The position numbers and the translations under genes were made by a program. DNA of 53,834 nucleotides from Candidatus Krumholzibacteriia bacterium (lineage in GTDB: Bacteria; Krumholzibacteriota; Krumholzibacteriia; LZORAL124-64-63): positions 1-53,834 of the forward strand of contig JAWOID010000089.1 of assembly GCA_046484865.1 (NCBI GenBank), written 5' to 3'. The notes beneath the pieces are model-generated. The model did not search any database. It was not told the origin of the DNA and was given only the letters and a program-made list of their open reading frames with translations. The first letter of the stretch is position 1, and each line of letters opens with the position of its first letter. Positions 38,467 through 47,704 of the stretch are shown in pieces.

Positions 38467-39801
38467 CTACTCGTCCGCGCCGCCGCCGCCGCCGGTGTTG
38501 ATGGCCCCGAAGAGATCGACGGCCGCTCCGATCGTCTTCGTGTCGGCGAGCGTGACGACATCGCTGTCGCCGGCGCCGCCGGCCTTCTGCAGCCCTGCGT
38601 CCAGGCTCTCGACCAGGATGGCCTCACCCCAGGCGATGAGCACGCCCTGCAACCCGGCGTCGTCGATCAGGCCGCGCCCGCTCACCTCGTTGAATTCGGT
38701 GGCCAGCAACTCCTGCGTCAGCTCCTCGACCTGGGTGCGCGGCCGTGACCGCAGGATGTCGTAGGCCTCCTGCAGCTCGTTTCCCGGGGTGAACCGGAAC
38801 ACCTCCTCCAGGTAGAGCTCCTGGATCCGGGCCAGGAAGCTCTCGATCGTGGCGCGATCGTACGTCGTGTTGCCGCCTCCGTTCTTCAGGGCGCTGCGCA
38901 GCTCGCGCGTCCAGAACTTCACCGACTCCCCGTCGGTGAGCAGGACGCCGGTCTCGATTTCGTGGATGAGTTCCGTCGTCCGGGGGGAGAAGCCGAAGTC
39001 GTTGCCCGGCGAGTCGGGTCCGATGGTCACGGCGGTCTCCACCGGCGTGGTGGCGTCGAAGGACGCGAACAGGGCGCCGTTGAAGGCGCCGGGGTACGCC
39101 GTCGGGTCGACGCGCACCGTGTACGCGCCCGGGATGCGGGCGAGGCTGTACCGTCCCAGGGCGTCGGTGCGCAGGGTGTCGACGGTCGCATCCGAGTGGA
39201 CCACGCCGACGACCACGCCGGCGATGCCCGACTCCTCGGGGTCGCGTGCGCCGTCGGCGTTGGCATCGACGAAGACGGTGCCCGAGATCAGGTACCCGGC
39301 GCAGGGACCGAAGACCTGGCCCACGACGATGGTATCGCCAGCCTTCACGGCGCAGCGGATCGCGCCCTCGGGCACATCGCCGGGGAACGTGATCGAGTAG
39401 GTTCGCGACTCGAAGCCGTCGCTCGACACGTTCAGATGCCAGTCGATGCCGTCGATGCCTGTCGCGGGGTCGTAGTTGATGCTCACCGAGTTCGTGGGCG
39501 AGTAGGCGGCCAGCGCGGGGGCGCAGTCCGGCAGCTCGAGCGTGAAGTGGCTGAGCGCCGGTTGCACGCCGGTCCCGCGGACGGTGTAGGTGAACGACGT
39601 GGTGCTCCCGTCGTGGGTCCGCCCGTCGTAGCGTACGATGTAGTTGTTGATGACGGGCGCGGTGGGTGACTGGAGCGTCGTCGAGACGGCCGCGTCGGCG
39701 GCCTTTCCGGCCGGCGCGACCTGGGTCGGCGCGTCGGAGGAACAGCTGGCGAGGACCAGGAGGCTCCCGGCCAGCAGAACGACCTTGAGCGTGGGGTACA
39801 T
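38467..39801 (-). CDS. Lipoprotein with an SdrD-B-like Ig domain
   Basis: Lipobox LASC. ISGTVFVDANADGARDPEESGIAGVVV...TDALGRY...NDFGF is SdrD-B-like. Confidence 0.75.
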   Translation of the reverse strand: MYPTLKVVLLAGSLLVLASCSSDAPTQVAPAGKAADAAVSTTLQSPTAPVINNYIVRYDGRTHDGSTTSFTYTVRGTGVQPALSHFTLELPDCAPALAAYSPTNSVSINYDPATGIDGIDWHLNVSSDGFESRTYSITFPGDVPEGAIRCAVKAGDTIVVGQVFGPCAGYLISGTVFVDANADGARDPEESGIAGVVVGVVHSDATVDTLRTDALGRYSLARIPGAYTVRVDPTAYPGAFNGALFASFDATTPVETAVTIGPDSPGNDFGFSPRTTELIHEIETGVLLTDGESVKFWTRELRSALKNGGGNTTYDRATIESFLARIQELYLEEVFRFTPGNELQEAYDILRSRPRTQVEELTQELLATEFNEVSGRGLIDDAGLQGVLIAWGEAILVESLDAGLQKAGGAGDSDVVTLADTKTIGAAVDLFGAINTGGGGGADE

Positions 39802-39895
39802 GGGTCTGCTTCCTTTTCCCTGGGCGTGTGGCGAAGTTCCACCGCCGGGGGATCCCGCCCCGGCGGGAAACGAGCGCGACGATGATCACCGCCAG

Positions 39896-39924
39896 AGCTT
39901 AAGTAGGATGAAAACCCTCCGCAA
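39896..39924 (-). promoter_or_regulatory. Putative sigma70-type promoter of the lipoprotein gene
   Basis: Minus strand TTGCGG-N17-TAAGCT. Confidence 0.4.
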
Positions 39925-39984
39925 TGGCTTTGGGGCGTCCGGGAGCCGCGGGCACCCAGGTTCCCGGAGTCCGCGGAAGGCCGA

Positions 39985-42558
39985 TCAGTCGCCGAGGGCT
40001 TCGATTCGCGCGGCCTCTGCCGCTGCTCGGGCGGCCTCCTCGCGGCGCCCGAGCCGATCCAGGGTGGCGCCGTAGTCGCTCAGGATGCCGGCCAGTTCGG
40101 GGTGGTCCGGGCCGCGCGCCGTGCGGAAGATCTCCAGCGCCTGCTCGAACAGCGGCAGCGCCGCTGCCGGGTCACCCCGCTCGCTGACGAGCACGCCGAG
40201 ATCGCGCGTGCTCCAGGCGACGTCCTGGTGGTCGGGGCCGAGAGTCGCCTCTCGGATCGCGAGGGCGCGCCGCAGGAGAGGCTCGGCCCGGTCGAACTCG
40301 CCCAGCTCGCGGTGCAGGTTGGCGAGATTGTTCAGCGTCTGGGCGACGTCGGGATGCTCGTTGCCCAGGACCCGCTCCCGGACGGACAGCGCCCGCTCGT
40401 ACAGCGGAGCCGCCAGATCGAACCGTCCCGCGAACTGGTGCAGCAGCCCCAGGTTGTTCACCGCGGTCGCGAGCCGCGGATGACTGTCGCCGAGGACGCG
40501 CTCGTAGATGGATATAGCCTGCCGGTATTCCCGCTCGGCCTCGTCCACGCGCTCGAGCTGATGGTAGAGCAGTCCGAGATTGTTGTGACCTTTCGCGACG
40601 TCGGCATGGTCCTTCCCGTACGCACCTTCCCAGATGCGGATCGCTCGCTTGTATAGCTCCTCGGCGGCATCGTAATCGCCCTCGTTCCAGGCGAGGATCG
40701 CCATCCCGTTGAGGCTGCCGGCCACCTCCGGATGGTCGGGTCCGAGCACCTCGCGACGGATGTCGCGGGCGCGCTCGTAGAGCGGTCCGGCCTCTCCGTA
40801 GCGTCCCTGCCGGCGGTAGACGCTCGCCAGCTCGCTCAGGCTCTGCGCCAGGGCGAGCTGGTTGCCGTCGCGGCGCCGCTCCATGACGCCCGTGGCCTCG
40901 TCGAGGAGCGCCTCGGCTTCGTCGTAACGCGCGAGCAGGATGTACAGGTCCGCCAGCTCGATCTGGCTGGTGGCCACCGCCAGCGCGTCCCCTGCGTCGC
41001 GCCGTCTCAGCTCGACCGCCTGCTGGAGCTGCGGTTCGGCTTCCTCGTAGAGGCCCAGATTGCGGTACACCGCGCCGATCGTGGTCATCAGCCGGGCACG
41101 GGTGCCGGGCTGGTCGGCCAGCTCGGTGTCGATGCGGGCGGCGCCCAGGTCGAGGATCTCGCGGGCGGTGATCGTGCTGCCCCGGGAGCGGTCCGGGTCC
41201 GAGACCTCGAAGAGGTCCACGAGGAAGTCGGTGACGCTGGTGGCGGTGACGGCCTCGCGGGTGGCCGCGCGCTCGGCATGCACCGCGCGGATGAGGCCGA
41301 TCGTGGTACCGGCGACGCCGAGGACGACCGCGGCGAGCACGAAGGCGCCGGCCACGACTCCGGTGCGGTGGCGCCGGACGAACTTGCGCAGCCGGTAGCG
41401 CTTGCTCGGCGGCCCGGCCTCGACCGGCATGTCATCGAGGTAGCGCCGGACGTCGGTCGCCAGGCTGCCGGCCGAGTCGTAGCGCCGCTCGCGGTCCTTC
41501 TCCAGCGCCTTCATCGTGATCCAGTCGAGATCGCCTCGCAGGCGCTTGCGGAGTGCCGTCGGTTCGCAACCGCGCGCGCGGGCGGCCGCGTCGGCCGAGG
41601 TGGCCATCGTGGTCAAGCGCGCGCTCGGACGCGGCGGCTCGTCCTCGCGGATCTTCCTCAGCACCTCGTGGAAGCCGGCGGCCTCGAACTCCTCTCTCGT
41701 GAACGGTCGCTCGCTCACCAGCAGCTCGTAGAGCAGGACGCCCAGCGCGTACACGTCGGTGCGGGTGTCCACGCCTTGCCCGCTCAGGTCGGCCTGTTCC
41801 GGGCTCATGTAGGCCGGCGTTCCGAGCAGCTGGCCGGCGGTCGTCTGCATCGTCAGCTCGGTGAGGGCCTGATCCATCGCCTTCGCGACGCCGAAGTCGA
41901 TGATCTTGGGAACCGGCCGGCCGTCCACCTCGGTGACGAGGACGTTGCTCGGCTTGAGGTCGCGGTGGATGATCGCCTTCTGGTGCGCGTGCTGCACGCC
42001 CTCGCAGATCCGGATGAAGAGGTCCAGCCGCTCGTCGATCCCGAGCTGGCGCGCGTCGCAGTACTCGGTGACCGGGATGCCTTCGACGTACTCCATGACG
42101 AAGTACGGTCGTCCCCGCTCGGAGGCGCCGGCGTCGAACACCCGTGCGATGCTCGGGTGGTCCATCCGCGCGAGGGCCTGGCGCTCCGATTCGAAGCGGG
42201 CCAGCAACTCGTGGGTGTCCATGCCGCGCTTGACGATCTTCAGCGCGACGCGGCGCCGGATGGGCTCGAGCTGCTCGGCCTCGTAGACCTCGCCCATGCC
42301 GCCCTCGCCGATGCGCCGGCGCAGTCGGTAGGGGCCGATGCGCGCGGGGGTGTCGGCCTTGGTATCGGCCGGCGGATCGGGCGCAGGTCCGCGGGAGGAA
42401 GCCGGCGTCGCAGCGGGGGAGGCGCCGCCGCCGGTCCCGGACGACGTCGTCTGGCACGGCGCCGAGGCTGCCGAGGCCGCGGAGGCCGCCGAGGCCGCCG
42501 CCGGGCCGCCATCGACGGTCTCGTCCGGCGCGAGGGCTCGTGTCCGGTCCTGGTCCAC
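39985..42558 (-). CDS. Membrane Ser/Thr protein kinase with C-terminal TPR array
   Basis: IGEGGMGEVY, VALK, HRDLKPSN, DFG and GTPAYMSPEQ, then one TM and multiple GxDHPxVAxxLNNL TPR repeats. Confidence 0.92.
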   Translation of the reverse strand: MDQDRTRALAPDETVDGGPAAASAASAASAASAPCQTTSSGTGGGASPAATPASSRGPAPDPPADTKADTPARIGPYRLRRRIGEGGMGEVYEAEQLEPIRRRVALKIVKRGMDTHELLARFESERQALARMDHPSIARVFDAGASERGRPYFVMEYVEGIPVTEYCDARQLGIDERLDLFIRICEGVQHAHQKAIIHRDLKPSNVLVTEVDGRPVPKIIDFGVAKAMDQALTELTMQTTAGQLLGTPAYMSPEQADLSGQGVDTRTDVYALGVLLYELLVSERPFTREEFEAAGFHEVLRKIREDEPPRPSARLTTMATSADAAARARGCEPTALRKRLRGDLDWITMKALEKDRERRYDSAGSLATDVRRYLDDMPVEAGPPSKRYRLRKFVRRHRTGVVAGAFVLAAVVLGVAGTTIGLIRAVHAERAATREAVTATSVTDFLVDLFEVSDPDRSRGSTITAREILDLGAARIDTELADQPGTRARLMTTIGAVYRNLGLYEEAEPQLQQAVELRRRDAGDALAVATSQIELADLYILLARYDEAEALLDEATGVMERRRDGNQLALAQSLSELASVYRRQGRYGEAGPLYERARDIRREVLGPDHPEVAGSLNGMAILAWNEGDYDAAEELYKRAIRIWEGAYGKDHADVAKGHNNLGLLYHQLERVDEAEREYRQAISIYERVLGDSHPRLATAVNNLGLLHQFAGRFDLAAPLYERALSVRERVLGNEHPDVAQTLNNLANLHRELGEFDRAEPLLRRALAIREATLGPDHQDVAWSTRDLGVLVSERGDPAAALPLFEQALEIFRTARGPDHPELAGILSDYGATLDRLGRREEAARAAAEAARIEALGD

Positions 42559-42701
42559 GCGATCCGCTCCTGCCAGGTCGGGGAGTCCACGGAAGTCCCG
42601 TAAACGCGGGACGAAAGGTCCAAAGAAACAGGATATGTAAACTCTAGATTAAGTCGAGGGCTTTCGCGTGGGTCCGCCGACTCGCCTCCGGCGGCGGTGG
42701 T

Positions 42702-43970
42702 CTACGTCGACCTGAGGACGTGCGTCCCGCCGGGGATGCTCGATTCGTCGATGTCGGCGCCGGTCTGCACGCTGCCGCCCGGGAACAGGTAGAGCGTGGT
42801 GGGCAGGCGGAAGCTCGGCCCGCAGAGCTGGTAGGCGGTGCGGGCTGGGGTGACGGTACCGGCGTACTCGAATCCGACGAACACCTTCGTGCCGCGCGGC
42901 AAACGCCGGAAATCGCGCTCGTGCAACTCGCTGCCGGGCCGGACGCGGCCGTTCGGGAACACGTAGACGGTGGTGGGGGATCGGTAGGCGGCGCCGGCCA
43001 CCTCGCCGGCCGTGTGGCCGTCGCGGCCCAGCACGCGCCAGGCGGGGGCGCGCGCCAGCAGTCGCGGTTCGGGATCCTGGTCCAGCAGCACGCGCGTACC
43101 GGCGGGGATCCGCGACCAGTCCTGCACCTGGTCACCCGGCAGGCGCGTTCCGCCGGGGAGCACGTAGACCGTGCGCGGCGAGTCGTACTCGTCGCGCGCG
43201 ATGAACCAGGCCGTGCGCTCGGCGGTGATCACGTTCGCGTCGGGTGCCTCGAAGCGTCGCTGGACCGTCATCTGCGCCTGGTCGGCAGCCCCGTAGAGCA
43301 CGGTGGCCAGAAAAGGGTCGGCGACCATCAAGCGCCCGGCGGCAACGTCCGGGTCGCTCTTCGCGCGGGCGTGCAGGCCGAGGCGCGCGCGCAGCTCCGG
43401 CTGGGCGAACTGCATGCCGCAGCGCTTGCGGCCGCGATGGTCGCCCTGGTGCCAGCGGTTGGTGCGCCCGTAGGCCACCATCGAGTGCGTCACCACGCGC
43501 TCGTCGGGGATCCGGTAGAGCGCCTGGAGCTGGCGCAGCAGCTCGCGCAGGGCGCGCACCTGCGCGTCCGTGAGCGGCTGGTTGTGGTGGCCGACCACCT
43601 CGATGCCGATCGAGATCGCGTCCACGTCGCGCTTGCCGTTCCACATGCTCAGCCCTGCGTGGCGCCCCTCGCGGTGCTTCTCGATCGTGCGATAGACGGG
43701 GCCGTCCCGCGCCACGACGTAGTGGGCGAGACCGCCCGCGCGGATGCGCCGCAGGGAGGAGCGGTCGCCGCCCTCGGAGGTATGCAGGACGATCAGCTCG
43801 GTGCTGCGGCGGATTGGTCTACCGTCGTTGAGGGGACTGTAGAGGTCGCTGATGCGCAGCTTCGCGGCGCCGGCAGCCGGCGCGGCGGCCGAGTGGAGGA
43901 CCGCGGCGGCCAGCATGGCCACGGCCGCCGTGGCGGCGCGACGCGACCGGCGGGCGGTGGATCCTTCCAT
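42702..43970 (-). CDS. Secreted N-acetylmuramoyl-L-alanine amidase (Amidase_2 type) with three C-terminal repeats
   Basis: IVLHTSE, AHYVV, HAG, SIGIEVVG, THSMV and KRCG (His/His/Cys Zn ligands, catalytic Glu). Signal peptide present. Confidence 0.82.
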   Translation of the reverse strand: MEGSTARRSRRAATAAVAMLAAAVLHSAAAPAAGAAKLRISDLYSPLNDGRPIRRSTELIVLHTSEGGDRSSLRRIRAGGLAHYVVARDGPVYRTIEKHREGRHAGLSMWNGKRDVDAISIGIEVVGHHNQPLTDAQVRALRELLRQLQALYRIPDERVVTHSMVAYGRTNRWHQGDHRGRKRCGMQFAQPELRARLGLHARAKSDPDVAAGRLMVADPFLATVLYGAADQAQMTVQRRFEAPDANVITAERTAWFIARDEYDSPRTVYVLPGGTRLPGDQVQDWSRIPAGTRVLLDQDPEPRLLARAPAWRVLGRDGHTAGEVAGAAYRSPTTVYVFPNGRVRPGSELHERDFRRLPRGTKVFVGFEYAGTVTPARTAYQLCGPSFRLPTTLYLFPGGSVQTGADIDESSIPGGTHVLRST

Positions 43971-44161
43971 GGGGCCCCGGGTCCTCGGCTTGGAGTTCTT
44001 CCTGGCGACCCATGCATTCTACGTCATCGGGCCGCTCGGATCCAGGGGCAACGGACATGCGCAACGGACACGTGCGGCGCGCTCGCGTCCGGACCGATGC
44101 CCCGGGGTGGGATACCCCGGGGAGGACGGAGATCCTGTCGTCGCCTCGAGGACGAACGAGA

Positions 44162-44186
44162 CGAGGCCGCCACTTCGGCGGCCTCG
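44162..44186 (-). terminator. Hairpin, probable terminator of the Hdr/Frd-like operon
   Basis: 10-bp stem CGAGGCCGCC / GGCGGCCTCG about 60 nt after the flavoprotein stop. The U-tract is weak. Confidence 0.45.
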
Positions 44187-44245
44187 CTGTCTCCTCGCCG
44201 GGCTCGACGGATCGCGCGCGGAGCACGGCCCGCCGCGGGCTCACC

Positions 44246-45919
44246 TCACCTGAGGCTCCCCTGGTACACGGTCGTGAGCTGCTTCTTCTTCACCTCGGCG
44301 CTGGTGTAGTCCGGCAGCAGCAGGGGCGCGATCCGCGAGCGGTCGATCCCCAGCTCCTCTACCTGGGCGTTGTACGCGGCGACATGATCGAGCGTGAGCT
44401 TCCCGTCCTGGGCCGCGTTCACGGCGTAGGTGCCCGCGGTGCGACCGGCGATGCGCCCGTACACCATGATGTCCAGCAGGCTGTTGCCCATCAGACGGTT
44501 CTCGCCGTGGATGCCGCCGCCCACCTCGCCGGCCACGAAGAGGCCGGGCACGCGCGTCTCGCCCGTGTTCTTGAACTCCAGGCCGCCGTTCTGGTAGTGC
44601 AGGGTGGGGTAGATGAGCATCGGCTCCTTGCTGATGTCGATCTCGAAGCGCTTGAACATGATGTACTTGCCGGGGAACTCCTTCTGCACGTAACCCTCGC
44701 CGTACATCACGTCGAGCATGGGGCTGTCCAGCCACACGCCGTGCTTGCCGGTGGGCGTGGGCACCCCCTTGGCGGTCTGCGTGCATTCCTTGATGATGCA
44801 GGCCGCCTCCACGTCGCGCGGCTCGCGCTCGAAGACGAACTGGTTCCCCTCCACGTTCACCAGGTTGGACCCGGCGCCGCGGAACTTCTCGGTGATCAGG
44901 ATCCCCTCGGCCTGCTCGGGGAAGACGATGCCGGTGGGATGGTACTGGATGGTGTGCAGGTAGCAGACCGGCACGCCCGCGCGGTAGGCCATGACGATGC
45001 CGTCGGCGGTGGCCCCGTAATGGTTGGTGGTCATGAAGCCCTGCACGTGCAGGCGGCCGCTGCCGCCGGTGCACATGACCACGGCCTTCGCCTTGACCAC
45101 CTGGTACTCCTCGGTGTCCAGGTTGTAGAGCACGGCGCCGGCGCAGTGTCCCTTGTCGTTGAGGATCAGCTCCACGGCGGGGGAGAACTCGATCACGGTG
45201 ATCTGATCGGCGCGGTTGCGGGCCTCGTCGCGGACGGTACGCATCATCTCGGCGCCCGTGATGTCGGCCGCGAAGTGCATGCGCTTGCGGCAGGTGCCGC
45301 CGCCGTGCATGGTCTTCAGCGTGCCGTCCTCTTCCTTCGAGAAATTGCAGCCCAGCCTCAGCAGCCACTGGATCGCGCTCGGCGCATCGTTGGCCAGGGT
45401 GGCGGCCAGCTCGGGCACGTTCGTGAAGTGCCCGCCTCCCATGATGTCCAGGTAGTGGTAGTAGGGCGAGTCCTTCCAGCCCTTGGTGGCGGCCTGGATG
45501 CCGCCCTCGGCCATCATCGTGTTGGCGTCGCCGTGGCGCAGCTTGGTGGCCAGGATCACCCGCGCACCCTGTTCCGCGGCCAGCAGTGCCGCCGCCGTCC
45601 CGCTGCCGCCGCCGCCGATCACCAGCACGTCCGTCTCGTAGTCGGGCTGCGACAGGTCCACCTTGTCGGGGTCCACGCGGCTGTAGGCTTCCAGCAGATC
45701 CACCATCTCGTGGCAGACGCCGTAGCCGCGGCTGGGTCCCACCTTGATCTCGCGCCGGCCCTCCTCGTTCACGTCAGGATGGAACTTCTTCAGCACTCCG
45801 TCGCGCTGGTCCATGCTGAGGGCCGGGAATTCCTCGCCGGCCTGCTTCCTGGCCACGCGCTCGGGGCGGGTCTGCTCCACGACCTTGATCAGGTTCTTCA
45901 GTCCCTCGGGGTATCCCAC
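44246..45919 (-). CDS. Succinate dehydrogenase/fumarate reductase-like flavoprotein (TfrA-like, probably non-covalent FAD)
   Basis: IGGGGSG, NTMMAEGG, QYHPTG, ITEKFRG, PRD, HYQNGG, HGENRLMGNSL. GTG start with GGAGA RBS. Confidence 0.85.
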   Translation of the reverse strand: MGYPEGLKNLIKVVEQTRPERVARKQAGEEFPALSMDQRDGVLKKFHPDVNEEGRREIKVGPSRGYGVCHEMVDLLEAYSRVDPDKVDLSQPDYETDVLVIGGGGSGTAAALLAAEQGARVILATKLRHGDANTMMAEGGIQAATKGWKDSPYYHYLDIMGGGHFTNVPELAATLANDAPSAIQWLLRLGCNFSKEEDGTLKTMHGGGTCRKRMHFAADITGAEMMRTVRDEARNRADQITVIEFSPAVELILNDKGHCAGAVLYNLDTEEYQVVKAKAVVMCTGGSGRLHVQGFMTTNHYGATADGIVMAYRAGVPVCYLHTIQYHPTGIVFPEQAEGILITEKFRGAGSNLVNVEGNQFVFEREPRDVEAACIIKECTQTAKGVPTPTGKHGVWLDSPMLDVMYGEGYVQKEFPGKYIMFKRFEIDISKEPMLIYPTLHYQNGGLEFKNTGETRVPGLFVAGEVGGGIHGENRLMGNSLLDIMVYGRIAGRTAGTYAVNAAQDGKLTLDHVAAYNAQVEELGIDRSRIAPLLLPDYTSAEVKKKQLTTVYQGSLR

Positions 45920-45935
45920 GGCAGTTCTCCCGGTC

Positions 45936-46742
45936 TCAGGCGTTGAGGGTGGCGTACGTGTTCTCGGGCTTCCAGTCGTCGGGCGCATTGTGCGGCTCGG
46001 ACTGGCGCGAGACGTAGAGCTCCTTGAGTTGCTCCGTCTCCGGCGTCATCGCGTGCGTGGCGGGGTCCACGTGGCCCAGCGCCATCAGGCCGCTCACGGC
46101 CTCCTCGTAACGGCCCGCAGCGATGGCCTCCACCTGCTCGTCGCAGTGCACGCTGGGCGGCGTCAGGAACCGGCCGCGGATGCGGCGGGCCATCTGCGCC
46201 ACGTGGTACTGGGACGTCTCCGCCATGCAGCGAGAGGTGCACAGGCCGCACTGGATGCAGTCGAAGGAGATCTCGCACGCCCGCTCGAGGTCGCCCTGCT
46301 TGATGGCGGCGATGTAGTCCATCACCTGCACGTCCATGGGGCAGACCTTGGTGCAGGCGTTGCAGGCGATGCACCGGAACACCTCGGGATAGAGCTTCCA
46401 CACCTCCTCGGCCTTGCCCTCGAGACGCTCGATGTCGTACACGGCGCGCGTGGAGGGATAGAAGGGGAGCTGGGTGAGGTACATGCCGGGCTCCACCACC
46501 GTCTGGCAGGCCAGGCCCACCTTCAGCCGGTAGTCGCCTTCCTTGCGGTACACCGTGGCGCAGGCGCCGCAGATGCCGCCGCGGCAGCCGGCGCCCCGGA
46601 TGTACTTGTAGCCGGCGTACTCCATCGCCTTCATGATGGTGAGGGAGTCGGGGACGTCGTACTTCTTCCCCATGATGTACACGGGGATGATGGCCGCCTC
46701 GACGGCCTCGGCCACGCTCGTGGTGTTCTCTTCAGCGCACAT
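45936..46742 (-). CDS. SdhB/FrdB-like iron-sulfur subunit ([2Fe-2S] + 2x[4Fe-4S])
   Basis: GCRGGICGAC...LAC, CIACNACTKVCP, CIQCGLCTSRC. Confidence 0.85.
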   Translation of the reverse strand: MCAEENTTSVAEAVEAAIIPVYIMGKKYDVPDSLTIMKAMEYAGYKYIRGAGCRGGICGACATVYRKEGDYRLKVGLACQTVVEPGMYLTQLPFYPSTRAVYDIERLEGKAEEVWKLYPEVFRCIACNACTKVCPMDVQVMDYIAAIKQGDLERACEISFDCIQCGLCTSRCMAETSQYHVAQMARRIRGRFLTPPSVHCDEQVEAIAAGRYEEAVSGLMALGHVDPATHAMTPETEQLKELYVSRQSEPHNAPDDWKPENTYATLNA

Positions 46743-46775
46743 GCGAACCTCGCTCGGCAGGACGGTGTCCTCGGT

Positions 46776-47693
46776 TCAGGCAGAGACCAGCAGGCCCTGC
46801 TCTTGCAAAAAGCGTCGCGACGCTTCCGGACTCAGATCCAGGCGTACGGCGGCCGGGGGCAGCCCCAGCGCCAGCGCCAGCAACTGGGTGAAGTAGAAGA
46901 CCGGCAACGGCCCCGGTGCTTCCGTGTCGCCCTCGGCGGCAGCCGCCTGCTGGGCCAGCGCTTCCGGCTGGCGTCGGCCCAGGTTGTACTCGCAGAGCGG
47001 GCAGCTCAGCGCCAGCACGTGGGCGCCGCCGGCCCCGGCGTCGGCCACGATGCCCGCCACCTTGTCCAGCGCCGCCTCGGGCGCCGAGATGATGTTGTAG
47101 GAGCCGCAGCAGGTCTCCGCCTGGGCGAACGGCACCGGCGTGGCGCCGAGCGCGGCGATGAATTCCTCGAACACCTGCGGCGAGAGTCCTGGCTCGACGC
47201 CGTCGATCGAGACCTCTCGCGGCCGGGTGAGCGTGCAGCCGTAGTAGGGGGCCACGTTCATGCCGGTGAGGGGGCGCTTCACGGCCTCTCGCAGCCGGTC
47301 CCAGCCCACCTCGTCGCGCAGGAACGGGAGCAGGTGGACCACCTCCACCTCGCCGGCGTAGTCGGGCTCCTCGTCCATGAAGTCGTTCAGAGTCTTGCGC
47401 TTGACCTCGTCCTGCCGTACGAGCTGATTCGCGCGGGCCAGGGTGTTGTAGCACATCGAGCAGAGCGTCAGCAGACGGTCGTATCCCTGCTGCCGCGCGC
47501 GGATCAGGTCGCGCACCGGGGCGAGGAAGTGGACGAGGTCGTCGTCGGCCAGGTTGTAGACGGCGCCGCAGCAGTTCCACCGCTCCAGCTCCACCGCCTC
47601 CACCCCCAGCGCGTTCAGCGACTGCAGGGCCGACTCGTCCAGGTTCCGCGCCTTGGACTTCAGGGTGCATCCCGGGTAGTAACCGATCTTCAT
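46776..47693 (-). CDS. Heterodisulfide reductase subunit B-like (two CCG domains)
   Basis: YYPGC...NCCG...CSMC and YYGC...TCCG...CPLC. Confidence 0.88.
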   Translation of the reverse strand: MKIGYYPGCTLKSKARNLDESALQSLNALGVEAVELERWNCCGAVYNLADDDLVHFLAPVRDLIRARQQGYDRLLTLCSMCYNTLARANQLVRQDEVKRKTLNDFMDEEPDYAGEVEVVHLLPFLRDEVGWDRLREAVKRPLTGMNVAPYYGCTLTRPREVSIDGVEPGLSPQVFEEFIAALGATPVPFAQAETCCGSYNIISAPEAALDKVAGIVADAGAGGAHVLALSCPLCEYNLGRRQPEALAQQAAAAEGDTEAPGPLPVFYFTQLLALALGLPPAAVRLDLSPEASRRFLQEQGLLVSA

Positions 47694-47704
47694 CAGCGAC
47701 GTCC

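Noticed and set aside
42461..42496. Four 9-bp GCCGAGGCY-like units
   Set aside because: An in-frame low-complexity Ala-Ala-Ser linker in the kinase N-terminus, with no phase-variation potential.
42591..42620. GTCCCG-loop-CGGGAC-GAAA resembling hammerhead ribozyme stem II plus GAAA
   Set aside because: The required CUGANGA core upstream is absent (it reads CCACGGAA), and I could not form stems I and III.
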